Source: Pseudomonadales bacterium (lineage in GTDB: Bacteria > Pseudomonadota > Gammaproteobacteria > Pseudomonadales > Azotimanducaceae). From it: a stretch of 64,000 bases of DNA. The translations under genes were made by a program, and so were the position numbers. The stretch lies in assembly GCA_965116345.1 (NCBI GenBank), contig OZ220680.1, positions 3,976,330-4,040,329 of the forward strand, in the 5' to 3' direction. Below the pieces are notes generated by a model, which was given only the letters and a program-made list of their open reading frames with translations, did not search any database and was not told the DNA's origin. Shown here piece by piece: positions 47,510 through 56,740 of the stretch (position 1 is its first letter; every line of letters begins with the position of its first letter).

Positions 47510-49204
47510 ATGTCCGTCATCCAGTCGAAGCTGGACACGCGCTCCGAGCAGTACCGGACGAATCGCCGGGAGATGCTCGACAAGCTTGCGTTCCTGGACG
47601 AGTTGTACGAGCAGGCCGCGCAGGGAGGCGGTCCGGAGGCGATGGAACGCCTGCGCACGCGGGACAAGCTGCCGATCCGTGAGCGCATCGCCAAGGTGCT
47701 CGATCCCGACTCGCCGTTCCTCGAGATCAGCCCGCTCGCCGCCTGGCACTCCCACTACACCATCGGCTCGGGGTTCACCGTCGGCATCGGTGTCATCTCC
47801 GGGGTCGAGTGCGTGATTCTGGGTCACGACCCCTCGGTGCGTGCCGGGGCGATGAACCACTTCAACTCGAAGAAGCTGATGCGCGGCCTCGAGATCGCCC
47901 GCGAGAACCGCATGCCCTACGTGCAGTTCGTGGAATCCGCCGGCGCGGACCTCGGTGCAGGCGGCCGTGGCGGAGGCGGAGGAGGCCCCCGGCGCCAGTT
48001 GACACCCGAGGAGGAGCGCGAGCAGTTCATCCGCGGTGTCCAAGAGAGCCTGCGCGGCTCCACCGGCCACTTCGCCGAGTCGGGGCGGCTGTTCTACGAG
48101 ATCACCGAGCTTTCGAAGATGCGCATCCCGACGATCTCCGTGGTGTTCGGGGTGTCCACTGCGGGCGGTGCGTATCAGCCCGGCATGAGCGACTACAACA
48201 TCTTCATCCGGGGGCGATCCCGGGTATCCCTGGGCGGCCCGCCGCTGGTGAAGATGGCCACCGGCGAGGACGCCGACGGCGAGGAACTCTCCGGTGCATT
48301 GATGCATACCACGCTGTCCGGACTGGGGGACTACCTGGCGGAGACCGAGTTGGACGGCATTCGTCTGTGCCGCGAGGTGGTCGCGCACCTGAACTGGCGG
48401 AAGCTCGGACCGGGTCCGTCCCTGCCGGCGGACGAACCGGTCTACGACAAGGACGAGTTGATCGGCATCGTCGGCGAGGATCTGACGATCCCGTTCGACG
48501 TGCGCGACGTCATCGCCCGGGTGGTGGACGGCTCGCGCTTCGAGGAGTTCAAACCCCTCTACGGGCCGACGCTGGTGTGCGGCTGGACCTCCGTTCACGG
48601 CTATCCCATCGGCATCCTCGGCAACAACGGGGTGTTGATGTCCGAATCGTCCGAGAAGGCGTCGCAGTTCATCCAGCTGTGCAACCAGGTCGACGTGCCG
48701 CTGCTGTTCCTGCACAACATCACGGGCTACATCGTCGGTACCGACTTCGAGCAGCGCGGCATCACCAAGAACGGTTCAAAGATGATCAACGCGGTGTCCA
48801 ACTCGACGGTTCCGCACATCACCGTGATCGTCGGCGCCTCCTACGGCGCGGGCAACTACGGCATGAGTGGCCGCGCCTACGGCACGCGGTTCTGCTACAC
48901 ATGGCCCACCGCGAAGATCGCCGTCATGGGGCCGAAGCAGCAGGCGGGTGTGATGACCATCGTGCAGCGTGCGGCGGCCGAGCGGCGCGGGCTCGAGTTC
49001 GACGAAGCGGGCGACGCCAAGCGGGTGGAACGGGCGGAATACCAGTTGGAGGAGGCCTCCAAGGGCCTGTTCGCGACCTCGCGTGTCGCCGACGACGGCA
49101 TGATCGATCCCCGCGACACCCGCGACTTCCTCGGCATCTCGCTGTCGGCCTGCCACAACAACGTGGTCCAAGGCACCAAGGAGTTCGGCACATGGCGAAT
49201 GTGA
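47510..49204 (+). CDS. Acyl-CoA carboxylase carboxyltransferase (beta) subunit, methylcrotonyl/geranyl-CoA carboxylase type
   Basis: Pattern KLPIRERI..LDPDSPFLE, GGAYQPGMSD, GASYGAGNYGM; ATG 47510 downstream of the REP. Confidence 0.88.
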   Translation: MSVIQSKLDTRSEQYRTNRREMLDKLAFLDELYEQAAQGGGPEAMERLRTRDKLPIRERIAKVLDPDSPFLEISPLAAWHSHYTIGSGFTVGIGVISGVECVILGHDPSVRAGAMNHFNSKKLMRGLEIARENRMPYVQFVESAGADLGAGGRGGGGGGPRRQLTPEEEREQFIRGVQESLRGSTGHFAESGRLFYEITELSKMRIPTISVVFGVSTAGGAYQPGMSDYNIFIRGRSRVSLGGPPLVKMATGEDADGEELSGALMHTTLSGLGDYLAETELDGIRLCREVVAHLNWRKLGPGPSLPADEPVYDKDELIGIVGEDLTIPFDVRDVIARVVDGSRFEEFKPLYGPTLVCGWTSVHGYPIGILGNNGVLMSESSEKASQFIQLCNQVDVPLLFLHNITGYIVGTDFEQRGITKNGSKMINAVSNSTVPHITVIVGASYGAGNYGMSGRAYGTRFCYTWPTAKIAVMGPKQQAGVMTIVQRAAAERRGLEFDEAGDAKRVERAEYQLEEASKGLFATSRVADDGMIDPRDTRDFLGISLSACHNNVVQGTKEFGTWRM

Positions 49205-49300
49205 ACGGCGTCCGCGTCCGCTTCGCGGACGTTTCGAGTTCGCTAGCGCGAATTCGGCGAGCACACCGCGTAGAAATGTGGGACAGACAATCAACGAGTT

Positions 49301-51295
49301 ATGAGCATGAGTGAAGTGAAGATCGAGCCGATACGGCGGTTGTTGATCGCCAACCGGGGCGAGATCGCGAGACGGGTGATCCGCACGGCCCACGAGATGG
49401 GGATCGCCACGGTGGCGGTCTATGCCGACGGCGACGTCGGCGCGCCGTTCGTACTCGACGCGGACTCGGCGATTGCGCTCGACGGCAAGACCTCCGCCGA
49501 GACCTACCTCGACATCGCCAAGGTGTTGTCCGCCGCCCGCCGTTCGGGAGCGGACGCCGTGCATCCCGGGTACGGGTTCCTCTCTGAGAACGCCGCCTTC
49601 GCCGAGGCCGTCATCGATGCCGGCATGCGCTGGGTGGGGCCGTCTCCGGACGCCATCGGCCAGATGGGCGACAAGCTGGCGGCCAAGCGGCTCATCCAGG
49701 AAGCGGAGGTCCCGACGTTGCCGGCGATCGAACTGACCGCCGGAGAACGGCTGGAAGCGGCGGCCGAGCAGATCGGCTACCCCGTGCTCGTCAAGGCCTC
49801 GGCGGGCGGCGGCGGTCGTGGCATGCGCGTGGTGGAAAGTCCGGACGAACTTGGCGCCGCCGTCGAAGGTGCGCGACGTGAAGCCGCGGCGGCATTCGGC
49901 GACGACACGCTGTTCCTGGAACGCTGGCTGACCGCGGCGCGCCATGTGGAGATCCAGATACTCGGCGACAACCACGGCAACCTGGTGCATCTGTTCGAAC
50001 GCGAGTGCTCGATCCAACGACGCCATCAGAAGATCATCGAGGAAGCGCCGTCGCCTGCCGTGGACGACGAGTTGCGCGCGGTCATGGGTGAAGCGGCGGT
50101 ATCGGCGGCGCGCCGCATGGGCTATTCGTCCGCCGGCACGGTGGAGTTTCTACTGGCTGGCCGCGAGTTCTTCTTCCTGGAGGTCAATACCCGGCTGCAG
50201 GTCGAACACCCCGTCACCGAAGAGATCACCGGCCTCGACCTCGTGCGGGAGCAGCTCAGAATCGCCGAAGGGGAGGCGCTCGGCTACGGCCAGGACGATC
50301 TGGCAATCAACGGCCACGCCATCGAGGCGCGCATCTACGCCGAAGATCCGAGCCGCGGCTTCCTGCCGTCGCCGGGCACCGTGACGGTTTGGCGCCCCGC
50401 CGCCGACGGCGGCGCACGGTTCGACTCCGGGGTCGAGTCGGGCAGCGAGGTCAGTCCCGAGTTCGATCCGATGATCGCCAAGGTCATCGCCCACGCGCCG
50501 ACCCGGCGGGAAGCCGCGGCACGTCTTGCCCGGGCGCTGGAACGAACATCGCTTCAGGGTCTGCGCCACAACCGCGACTTCCTGGTGGCGACATTGCGCG
50601 AATCCGCGTTCCTGGCCGGGGACACGACCACCGACTTCATCGAGCGCGTGGAGCCCGCGCGAACGCGGGAGTTGTCGGCCGAGGATCTGGCCGACGCCGT
50701 CACGGCCGCAGTGATGTGTGGTCAGGCAACGCGTCGGGCAGCGGCGAAAGTGCTGCGCGGCTTTCAAAGTGGCTGGCGAAACTCGATGATGCCGCCGGAA
50801 CGGACGACGTTGGTTCTCGGCGACGTCGAAGTACCGGTTGGCTATCGGTCGCACCGGGACGGCACGTTTCGGGTCACGATCGCCGAACAGGAGCGCACCG
50901 TCGTCGCCTACAGCGCCGGCGAGACAGGCGCGGATCTCGAGATCGACGGTCGCCGGCTGCAGTTCGCGGTGACCTGTAGCGGCGAGGTGTGGTTCGTCCA
51001 CGGCGCCGACTACGATGTGGAACTCGTCGAGCGACCGCGTCTGCCCTTGCCCGAGCAATACGAGATCAAAGGCGGCTTGACCGCGCCGATGCCCGGCAAC
51101 GTACTGGCGACACACATCGCCGAAGGGGATGCGGTGACCGAAGGACAACTCCTGCTGGTGCTGGAGGCGATGAAGATGCAGCACCGGATCACGGCACCCT
51201 TCGACGGCTCGGTCAAGGAGGTCCATGTCGAGGAGGGGCAGCAAGTCGACAACGGCGCGTTGCTCGTGCTTCTGGAAGAGGCCGAGAGCGAATGA
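49301..51295 (+). CDS. Acyl-CoA carboxylase biotin carboxylase + BCCP (alpha) subunit
   Basis: LLIANRGEIARRVIRT, GGGGRGMR, C-terminal biotinylation motif EAMKMQH. Confidence 0.93.
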   Translation: MSMSEVKIEPIRRLLIANRGEIARRVIRTAHEMGIATVAVYADGDVGAPFVLDADSAIALDGKTSAETYLDIAKVLSAARRSGADAVHPGYGFLSENAAFAEAVIDAGMRWVGPSPDAIGQMGDKLAAKRLIQEAEVPTLPAIELTAGERLEAAAEQIGYPVLVKASAGGGGRGMRVVESPDELGAAVEGARREAAAAFGDDTLFLERWLTAARHVEIQILGDNHGNLVHLFERECSIQRRHQKIIEEAPSPAVDDELRAVMGEAAVSAARRMGYSSAGTVEFLLAGREFFFLEVNTRLQVEHPVTEEITGLDLVREQLRIAEGEALGYGQDDLAINGHAIEARIYAEDPSRGFLPSPGTVTVWRPAADGGARFDSGVESGSEVSPEFDPMIAKVIAHAPTRREAAARLARALERTSLQGLRHNRDFLVATLRESAFLAGDTTTDFIERVEPARTRELSAEDLADAVTAAVMCGQATRRAAAKVLRGFQSGWRNSMMPPERTTLVLGDVEVPVGYRSHRDGTFRVTIAEQERTVVAYSAGETGADLEIDGRRLQFAVTCSGEVWFVHGADYDVELVERPRLPLPEQYEIKGGLTAPMPGNVLATHIAEGDAVTEGQLLLVLEAMKMQHRITAPFDGSVKEVHVEEGQQVDNGALLVLLEEAESE

Positions 51296-51407
51296 CAGTT
51301 GGCACGGAACCACGCCCGAACGGCAAGCCAAGGCGCGCAACTTCGCGTCGCGGTGCGGGCTTGCTCCGCAAGACTCCGTCGGACGAGGGTAGATAAGGGA
51401 GAACGCG

Positions 51408-52184
51408 ATGCCTGAACTGGAGGCCACCATCTACGAGGTGAGGAACGGTGCGGCGTGGATCACGCTGAACCGTCCGCAGAACCGCAACGCGCTGTCGGCG
51501 ATCCTGGTCAGCGAGCTCTACGACCACCTGCTCGCCGCCAACGAGGATCCCGCTGCGAAGTCCATCGTCATCACCGGCACGGATCCCGCGTTCTGTGCGG
51601 GCGCCGATCTCAAGAGTCCCCCGGGCGCTTCGGTGGAGGGGCGCCGCGCCGTACCGTATCCACAGGTACTGACGACGATCCAGGACAGCCCCAAACCGGT
51701 CATCGCTGCGGTCAATGGGGCCGCGTTCGCCGGCGGCTTGGGACTCGTCGGTGCCGCGGACATCGTCATCACTGCCGAGGAGGTGCAGTTCAGCTTCAGC
51801 GAAGTGCGGATCGGCGTGATTCCCGCCGTGATCTCGGTGGTCTGCATTCCCAAGCTCGGCACGCATCACGCGATGCGCCTGTTCGTCACCGGCAAGCGTT
51901 TCACCGGTAGCGAAGCCGTTGAGATGGGATTCGCCCACCGGGCGGTGCCGAGGGCCGAACTGGAGGCCGCGGTGGACGAGGAGGTCGACATGATCAACCG
52001 CGGTGGCCCCAACGCCGTGGTCGAATGCAAGAAGCTGGTCCGACGTGTGCCGCTGCTCAATCGCGAGGATGGCTTCGCCGAGACCGCCGAGTGGAGCGGA
52101 CGGATGTTCCGCAGCGAGGAAGCCCGTGAGGGCATGGCGGCGTTCCGGGAGAAGCGCGATGCGAGTTGGATCGCCGATGATTAG
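51408..52184 (+). CDS. Enoyl-CoA hydratase/isomerase (methylglutaconyl-CoA hydratase-like)
   Basis: Crotonase fold motifs FCAGADL, AAVNGAAFAGG, SFSEVRIGV. Confidence 0.88.
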   Translation: MPELEATIYEVRNGAAWITLNRPQNRNALSAILVSELYDHLLAANEDPAAKSIVITGTDPAFCAGADLKSPPGASVEGRRAVPYPQVLTTIQDSPKPVIAAVNGAAFAGGLGLVGAADIVITAEEVQFSFSEVRIGVIPAVISVVCIPKLGTHHAMRLFVTGKRFTGSEAVEMGFAHRAVPRAELEAAVDEEVDMINRGGPNAVVECKKLVRRVPLLNREDGFAETAEWSGRMFRSEEAREGMAAFREKRDASWIADD

Positions 52185-52244
52185 CGGAGGCTGACCTCGG
52201 GGATCGAAGGGACCATAGGCTCGCGCAGGCCCCGCGCCTACGAG

Positions 52245-53483
52245 CTACTGCACCGACGGGGAGTCGATAGACAATACGTTGCGGCCCTGGGCTTTGAGAT
52301 GACGTTCCGCGCGTGGTCGCACGTGTTGCCACTCTTCGTGGGACACCGGAGGCCCCACTTGCCGGGCAAGCCATTGGCGATCAAGGACCACACCCTGAGC
52401 GGTGGCCCAAGTGGCGGCTAGAAACGCATGAACCAGTCGGGCGTTGCGGTGGTCGCCGGGTCCCGGGTTCTTCCACCACTTGAGCTGGACGATCTCTGCC
52501 AGGAGGGGGTCGTCACGTTGCCACGAATTGGGTTCCGGGGCTCCGTATTTGTACGGCGAGCCAGTCAACCGGCCGGCGCGATGAATCTGATCGAGGCCCG
52601 CTGCGTACGTCATGAGTTGGTAGGCTTCCCATGCCTGTTCAGCCCACCACCACCCTTCCTGACCGGGCGCTGGTTCGTGGCCGACCGGTGCGGTGTTCGA
52701 GATTTTTGGCTTAAGCCGGGGATCTCTGCTAGGGAACGCCGAGTTGCGCCCCTCTGGAACGAACGAAGCCAACACGCCCTGGGGAATGGCCGCACACTTG
52801 GCGGCGAGCCAAGCGGCTCGGTAGTACCCTTTCTCGACCTCGGTGCGTCGTTGCCAATAGACGGTGTTGTCGGCCAAATCCCCCAAGCCGGCTCGTTCTA
52901 CGACTTCGTGGATTCCGGCTTCAATGTGACGGAGCATCTCGTAGCGCTTCCCGGCACACTGGTATTTGAGGACGCCGAACGAGGCCAAAGCGTCAAGGTC
53001 GCAGTCGGCGCCTGCATTCGCACACGAGCGCGTAAGAAGTGTCCGTTCAGCCCTGTCGCGCTTTTCGAGGGGAGACGAGAAAACCTCGCGCCAGTAGAGG
53101 GACCCGTCGGACGCGGCAATGGGCATATGGGACGGCGAAGTATCGAGGAGCTGTCGATCAAGCGCGGCCTCGCACGCGGGTGTTAGACCTCCACGCGCCG
53201 AGAGACGGTGCGCCATGGGCTCGGCTAGGGGACTGCAGAGTCCATAGATGTCCTCCCAACCAGCGGAGTCGTTCGTGGGCGCGACGCGTCGCGTCTGATC
53301 AGCGGCTTCGCGGGCGGGTATGGCGTGCGGCGTTGGCTCGGCCTGAGGGGACGTTTTCGCTTCGAGGGCTTCAGTGTCTAGCCAAACCCAGATAAACGCG
53401 CCGGCAAGGGTGCCGAAGGTGAGCGCCGCTAGCAATCCAAACGTTGTAGCAGGCGACCATCGCCTTGTGTCGTTCGCAGACAT
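52245..53483 (-). CDS. Hypothetical membrane-anchored protein (412 aa), no recognisable domain
   Basis: N-terminal TM FGLLAALTFGTLAGAFIWVWL, Trp/Cys-rich body; long uninterrupted ORF. Confidence 0.6.
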   Translation of the reverse strand: MSANDTRRWSPATTFGLLAALTFGTLAGAFIWVWLDTEALEAKTSPQAEPTPHAIPAREAADQTRRVAPTNDSAGWEDIYGLCSPLAEPMAHRLSARGGLTPACEAALDRQLLDTSPSHMPIAASDGSLYWREVFSSPLEKRDRAERTLLTRSCANAGADCDLDALASFGVLKYQCAGKRYEMLRHIEAGIHEVVERAGLGDLADNTVYWQRRTEVEKGYYRAAWLAAKCAAIPQGVLASFVPEGRNSAFPSRDPRLKPKISNTAPVGHEPAPGQEGWWWAEQAWEAYQLMTYAAGLDQIHRAGRLTGSPYKYGAPEPNSWQRDDPLLAEIVQLKWWKNPGPGDHRNARLVHAFLAATWATAQGVVLDRQWLARQVGPPVSHEEWQHVRPRAERHLKAQGRNVLSIDSPSVQ

Positions 53484-53511
53484 GAGCTTGAGCCAGTATC
53501 AGTAGTAGCCT

Positions 53512-54615
53512 CTACGAATCAAGCAGTTGCATTGCGTTCCGGATGAGCCTCGGCAAGTCATCCGCGACGTTTTCCATGCGTGGGTCGGCTGAATCGCCCA
53601 CTTTCCAGCGGTGGTGCAACTGTTGGATCACCGTTCCCGACTTCCATAGTGCGAAGGCTTCGTACCAGCCGATGTCCGACAGGTCGAGGCCGCTACGGGA
53701 CGCATAGTGTTCCGCCACCGCTGCCCGGGAAGGCAGCCCCATGCGCTGCATGCCGCTATGGCTGAAGCGGTTCTCGTCGTCGCTGTCGGCGGGGTCCGGC
53801 CAGTAGTTGAGCAATGTGCCCACGTCGATCAACGGGTCGCCTAGGGTGGTCATGTCCCAGTCGAAGAAGGCGGTGACCCGGTCGGGGTCGGCGGGATCGA
53901 ACAGGCAGTTGTCGAGTTTCAGGTCGTTGTGTACGAGCGACACCCGTTGGGCTTCGGGGCGCGAGGACTCGAGGCGGGCGTGGACGGCGGACATGTCGTC
54001 GTCGTAGCGCTCATCGGCGACCAGGTCCCAGCGCTGCTTCCAGCCGGCCAGTTGACGAGCCACGAATCCGTCGGGGCGTCCGAGTCCGCCGAGATCGACC
54101 GCTTCGGGATCGAGGGCGTGGAACTGGGCGATACGCTCCACCAGGGCGATACCGATGCGCTGGCCGACATTGGCATGACGGCGCATCGCCGTTGGCACGA
54201 CGCCGCGGATGACTTCGCCGCACCGTCGCTCCATGACGAAGAAATCCGCGCCGCCGACCTCTGGATCGTCGCAGAAGAGGTAGGCCCGGGGGGCGGCGTC
54301 GAAGATCCGCCATAGCCGGGACAGCACGCGGTACTCGCGCTTCATGTCGTGTGCGCCCGGCGCCAGGTCACCGAACGGTGGTCTGCGCAGCACCAACTCG
54401 GATCGGCCGAAGCGGAGCAGGTACGTCAGATTGGCGGAGCCGTTGGGGAACTGCAGGACTTCGAAGTCGCCGTCGGGGTCGTACACGTCGGCAGGCAGCT
54501 TCTCGCGCAGGTAGGCGACGATGCGCGACCAGTCGAGATCCTCGCCCGGGCGCACCGGTGCGAACTCCGGCGGTGCCTCGTCTGCGAACGGATCGACGTC
54601 GGTTCGTTGCAACAC
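53512..54615 (-). CDS. Phosphotransferase (APH/ChoK-like kinase fold; ACAD10/11-N-terminal type)
   Basis: HNDLKLDN catalytic loop and FDWD metal-binding motif; GTG 54615 after GAGGGGA. Confidence 0.8.
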   Translation of the reverse strand: MLQRTDVDPFADEAPPEFAPVRPGEDLDWSRIVAYLREKLPADVYDPDGDFEVLQFPNGSANLTYLLRFGRSELVLRRPPFGDLAPGAHDMKREYRVLSRLWRIFDAAPRAYLFCDDPEVGGADFFVMERRCGEVIRGVVPTAMRRHANVGQRIGIALVERIAQFHALDPEAVDLGGLGRPDGFVARQLAGWKQRWDLVADERYDDDMSAVHARLESSRPEAQRVSLVHNDLKLDNCLFDPADPDRVTAFFDWDMTTLGDPLIDVGTLLNYWPDPADSDDENRFSHSGMQRMGLPSRAAVAEHYASRSGLDLSDIGWYEAFALWKSGTVIQQLHHRWKVGDSADPRMENVADDLPRLIRNAMQLLDS

Positions 54616-54729
54616 GGTGTTCCCCTCGAGTGTTGGCGGCGAGCGAGAATGACGCACCGGACCGCGGTTGTCACCGGAATTCCCCGAGCATGGGATTGAA
54701 CAACCTGTTTGGATTCTCTGGCGTGTCCG

Positions 54730-54757
54730 TTGACGCATGACGATTACTGGATATAAT
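54730..54757 (+). promoter_or_regulatory. Near-consensus sigma-70 promoter candidate
   Basis: TTGACG-N16-TATAAT in an AT-rich patch ~70 nt upstream of the DUF222-like ORF. Confidence 0.55.
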
Positions 54758-54825
54758 AACAGTTATTCGATAGGGGTCTCCGAGACCGGAGTTGCCCTTC
54801 AGGCCAGCCGCAAGGAACCGATCCC

Positions 54826-55260
54826 ATGCACGCCAATACCGCGTCAATTCCCGTTGAATCCGTTGCCGATGATCTTCTCGCGGGTTGCAGAGCCGTTTCC
54901 CAGCAGGCCAGTCGCTTCCTTGTCCTGCTGCGCGAGTTCGACCTGCGCCGGGGCTATCGGGAAGCGCAGGGCACGGGCCCATGTGCCGCCGACAGCGTCG
55001 AGTGGCTCGCCGGCCGATGCGGCATCGGCAAGGACGAGATCCGCGAGCAACTGCGCGTTGCCTACGCGCTGCTCAACCTGCCCGAGACCGAGGCTGCCTT
55101 CGAGTCCGGGGACCTGACGTTTGCCAAGGTGCGCGCCCTGGTCCAGGTAGCGACATCGGCGAACGAGACCGCGCTACTCGATTTCGCCCGCGCCATGACG
55201 GACGCGCAAGTCGTGACCTACTGCCAACGGCTGTCAGGCGATGGATATACTCCTGACTGA
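54826..55260 (+). CDS. DUF222-like N-terminal domain of 13E12-type HNH endonucleases, lacking the HNH domain (probable remnant)
   Basis: ..SVEWLAGRCGIGKDEIREQLRVAYALLNLPETEAAFESGDLTFAKVRALV.. matches the DUF222 pattern. The ORF stops after 144 aa. Confidence 0.65.
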   Translation: MHANTASIPVESVADDLLAGCRAVSQQASRFLVLLREFDLRRGYREAQGTGPCAADSVEWLAGRCGIGKDEIREQLRVAYALLNLPETEAAFESGDLTFAKVRALVQVATSANETALLDFARAMTDAQVVTYCQRLSGDGYTPD

Positions 55261-55263
55261 AAC

Positions 55264-55635
55264 TTGACGGAGGGGCAACAACCCTTGGCACGTACCGTTC
55301 TCTACCACAACCCGGCGTGCAGCAAGTCGCGCGGGGCCAAGCAGATCCTGTCCGAACGGGGCGTAGACTTCGACACGGTCGAATATCTGAAGACACCGCT
55401 GGACGAAGCGGAGCTGCGCCGAGTCCTCGACATCATCGACGATCCCCCTGCGGAGCTTGTCCGCAAGGACGCGAACTTCCGCGAGCTAGGCTTGAGCGCC
55501 GGGGACTACGTGACCGCGGATGCCGTGGTGAAGCTGCTGCTCGAACATCCCAAGCTGATGCAGCGCCCGGTTGTCCTGCGGGGTGACCAGGGGGTGATCG
55601 GTCGGCCCTCGGAGCTTGTCGAGAAGCTTCTTTGA
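55264..55635 (+). CDS. arsC: Arsenate reductase, glutaredoxin-coupled ArsC family
   Basis: LYHNPACSKSR and QRPVVL..GRPSE align with E. coli ArsC. Start TTG 55264 or 55285. Confidence 0.85.
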   Translation: MTEGQQPLARTVLYHNPACSKSRGAKQILSERGVDFDTVEYLKTPLDEAELRRVLDIIDDPPAELVRKDANFRELGLSAGDYVTADAVVKLLLEHPKLMQRPVVLRGDQGVIGRPSELVEKLL

Positions 55636-55736
55636 GCCGGGCTCGGGCCCATGACGCTCGTCCTGTCCGAATGGCGCTGGTCTTAGGCAGTCGCAGCGTG
55701 CCTCTCTTTAGCCGCGACACTTGAGGCGATTCGACC

Positions 55737-56675
55737 TCAGCGGAACTCCGGCATCACCTCCTCGGCGAACAACTGCGCCGGCTCCTGGGTGTCCTTGCCG
55801 AAGAACTCGATTACGAACATCGTGCAGCCCAGATCGATGTGCTTGTGGATCTGCTCGGCGCAGCGTTCCGGAGTGCCGGTAATGGCCAGCGGTCCCTTCG
55901 GATCGCCCATATGGCCGCCGAAGATGCGCTGCGCCTGGTCCGCCATGGGTTGTGCGCGCCGCGCATCAGGCGCGATGGTGACGAGGCACTGCTGGCTGGC
56001 GACGATCTCGCCCGGGTCGCGGCCGATGGCATCGCAGTGGCGTCGCAGAACGTCGATCTTGTGGTCGAGGGCCGCCTGGTGGCCCGCGGCGTTGTTCCAG
56101 ATGTCGGCATGCCGGGCGGTGATCTTCAGTGTGACACGCTCGCCGGCGCCACCGATCAGGATGGGTATCCGCCGCGGCGGCTTGGGTTGGCAGACGACGC
56201 CGCTGGCCTTGACGTATCGACCTTCGTAGGTGACTTCGTCCTCGTCGCTCCACATGCGCTTGAACAGTTCGACGGTCTCTTCGAGTTGAGCCAGGCGCCC
56301 AGGCGTGTCGAGAAACGGCAGCCCGAAGTCGGTGAACTCCCGCGGCATCCAGCCGCCGCCGAGTCCGGCGATGACGCGGCCGCCGGCGATGTTGTCCACG
56401 GTGGCGATCACCTTGCCGAGATGCGCCGGGTTGCGCATTCCGGCAGGTGTCACCAGGGTGCCCAGTTCGACGCGCTCGGTGATGGCCGCCACGGCGGCGA
56501 TCATGGACCAGGCCTCTAGGATGGGCAGTTGCGGCGACTGCGGGCCGTAGAGGTGGTCGCACACCCATAGCGAGTCGTAGCCCATCGCCTCGAAGGCACG
56601 GGCGGCATCCGCGGCGGCCACCCAGGGGCGCTTGATCTGGGGCAGGGTCACGCCGAAGTGGGCTTTCACAGTCAT
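55737..56675 (-). CDS. Luciferase-like monooxygenase (LLM) class flavin/F420-dependent oxidoreductase
   Basis: FGVTLPQ..YDSLWVCDHL, GGRVIAGLGGGW motifs typical of the LLM family. Confidence 0.8.
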   Translation of the reverse strand: MTVKAHFGVTLPQIKRPWVAAADAARAFEAMGYDSLWVCDHLYGPQSPQLPILEAWSMIAAVAAITERVELGTLVTPAGMRNPAHLGKVIATVDNIAGGRVIAGLGGGWMPREFTDFGLPFLDTPGRLAQLEETVELFKRMWSDEDEVTYEGRYVKASGVVCQPKPPRRIPILIGGAGERVTLKITARHADIWNNAAGHQAALDHKIDVLRRHCDAIGRDPGEIVASQQCLVTIAPDARRAQPMADQAQRIFGGHMGDPKGPLAITGTPERCAEQIHKHIDLGCTMFVIEFFGKDTQEPAQLFAEEVMPEFR

Positions 56676-56740
56676 GGTCGTCCCCGTATTTCGAACCGTC
56701 GGAACCAGCGTATCATCAAGCGGGAGGCGGGAGATTCGAC

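Noticed and set aside
45832-48715. Long minus-strand ORFs (45832-47484, 47204-48715) across the amrZ-like/lyase/carboxyltransferase genes
   Set aside because: They run antisense to genes with strong family motifs and one traverses a REP element; high-GC artefacts.
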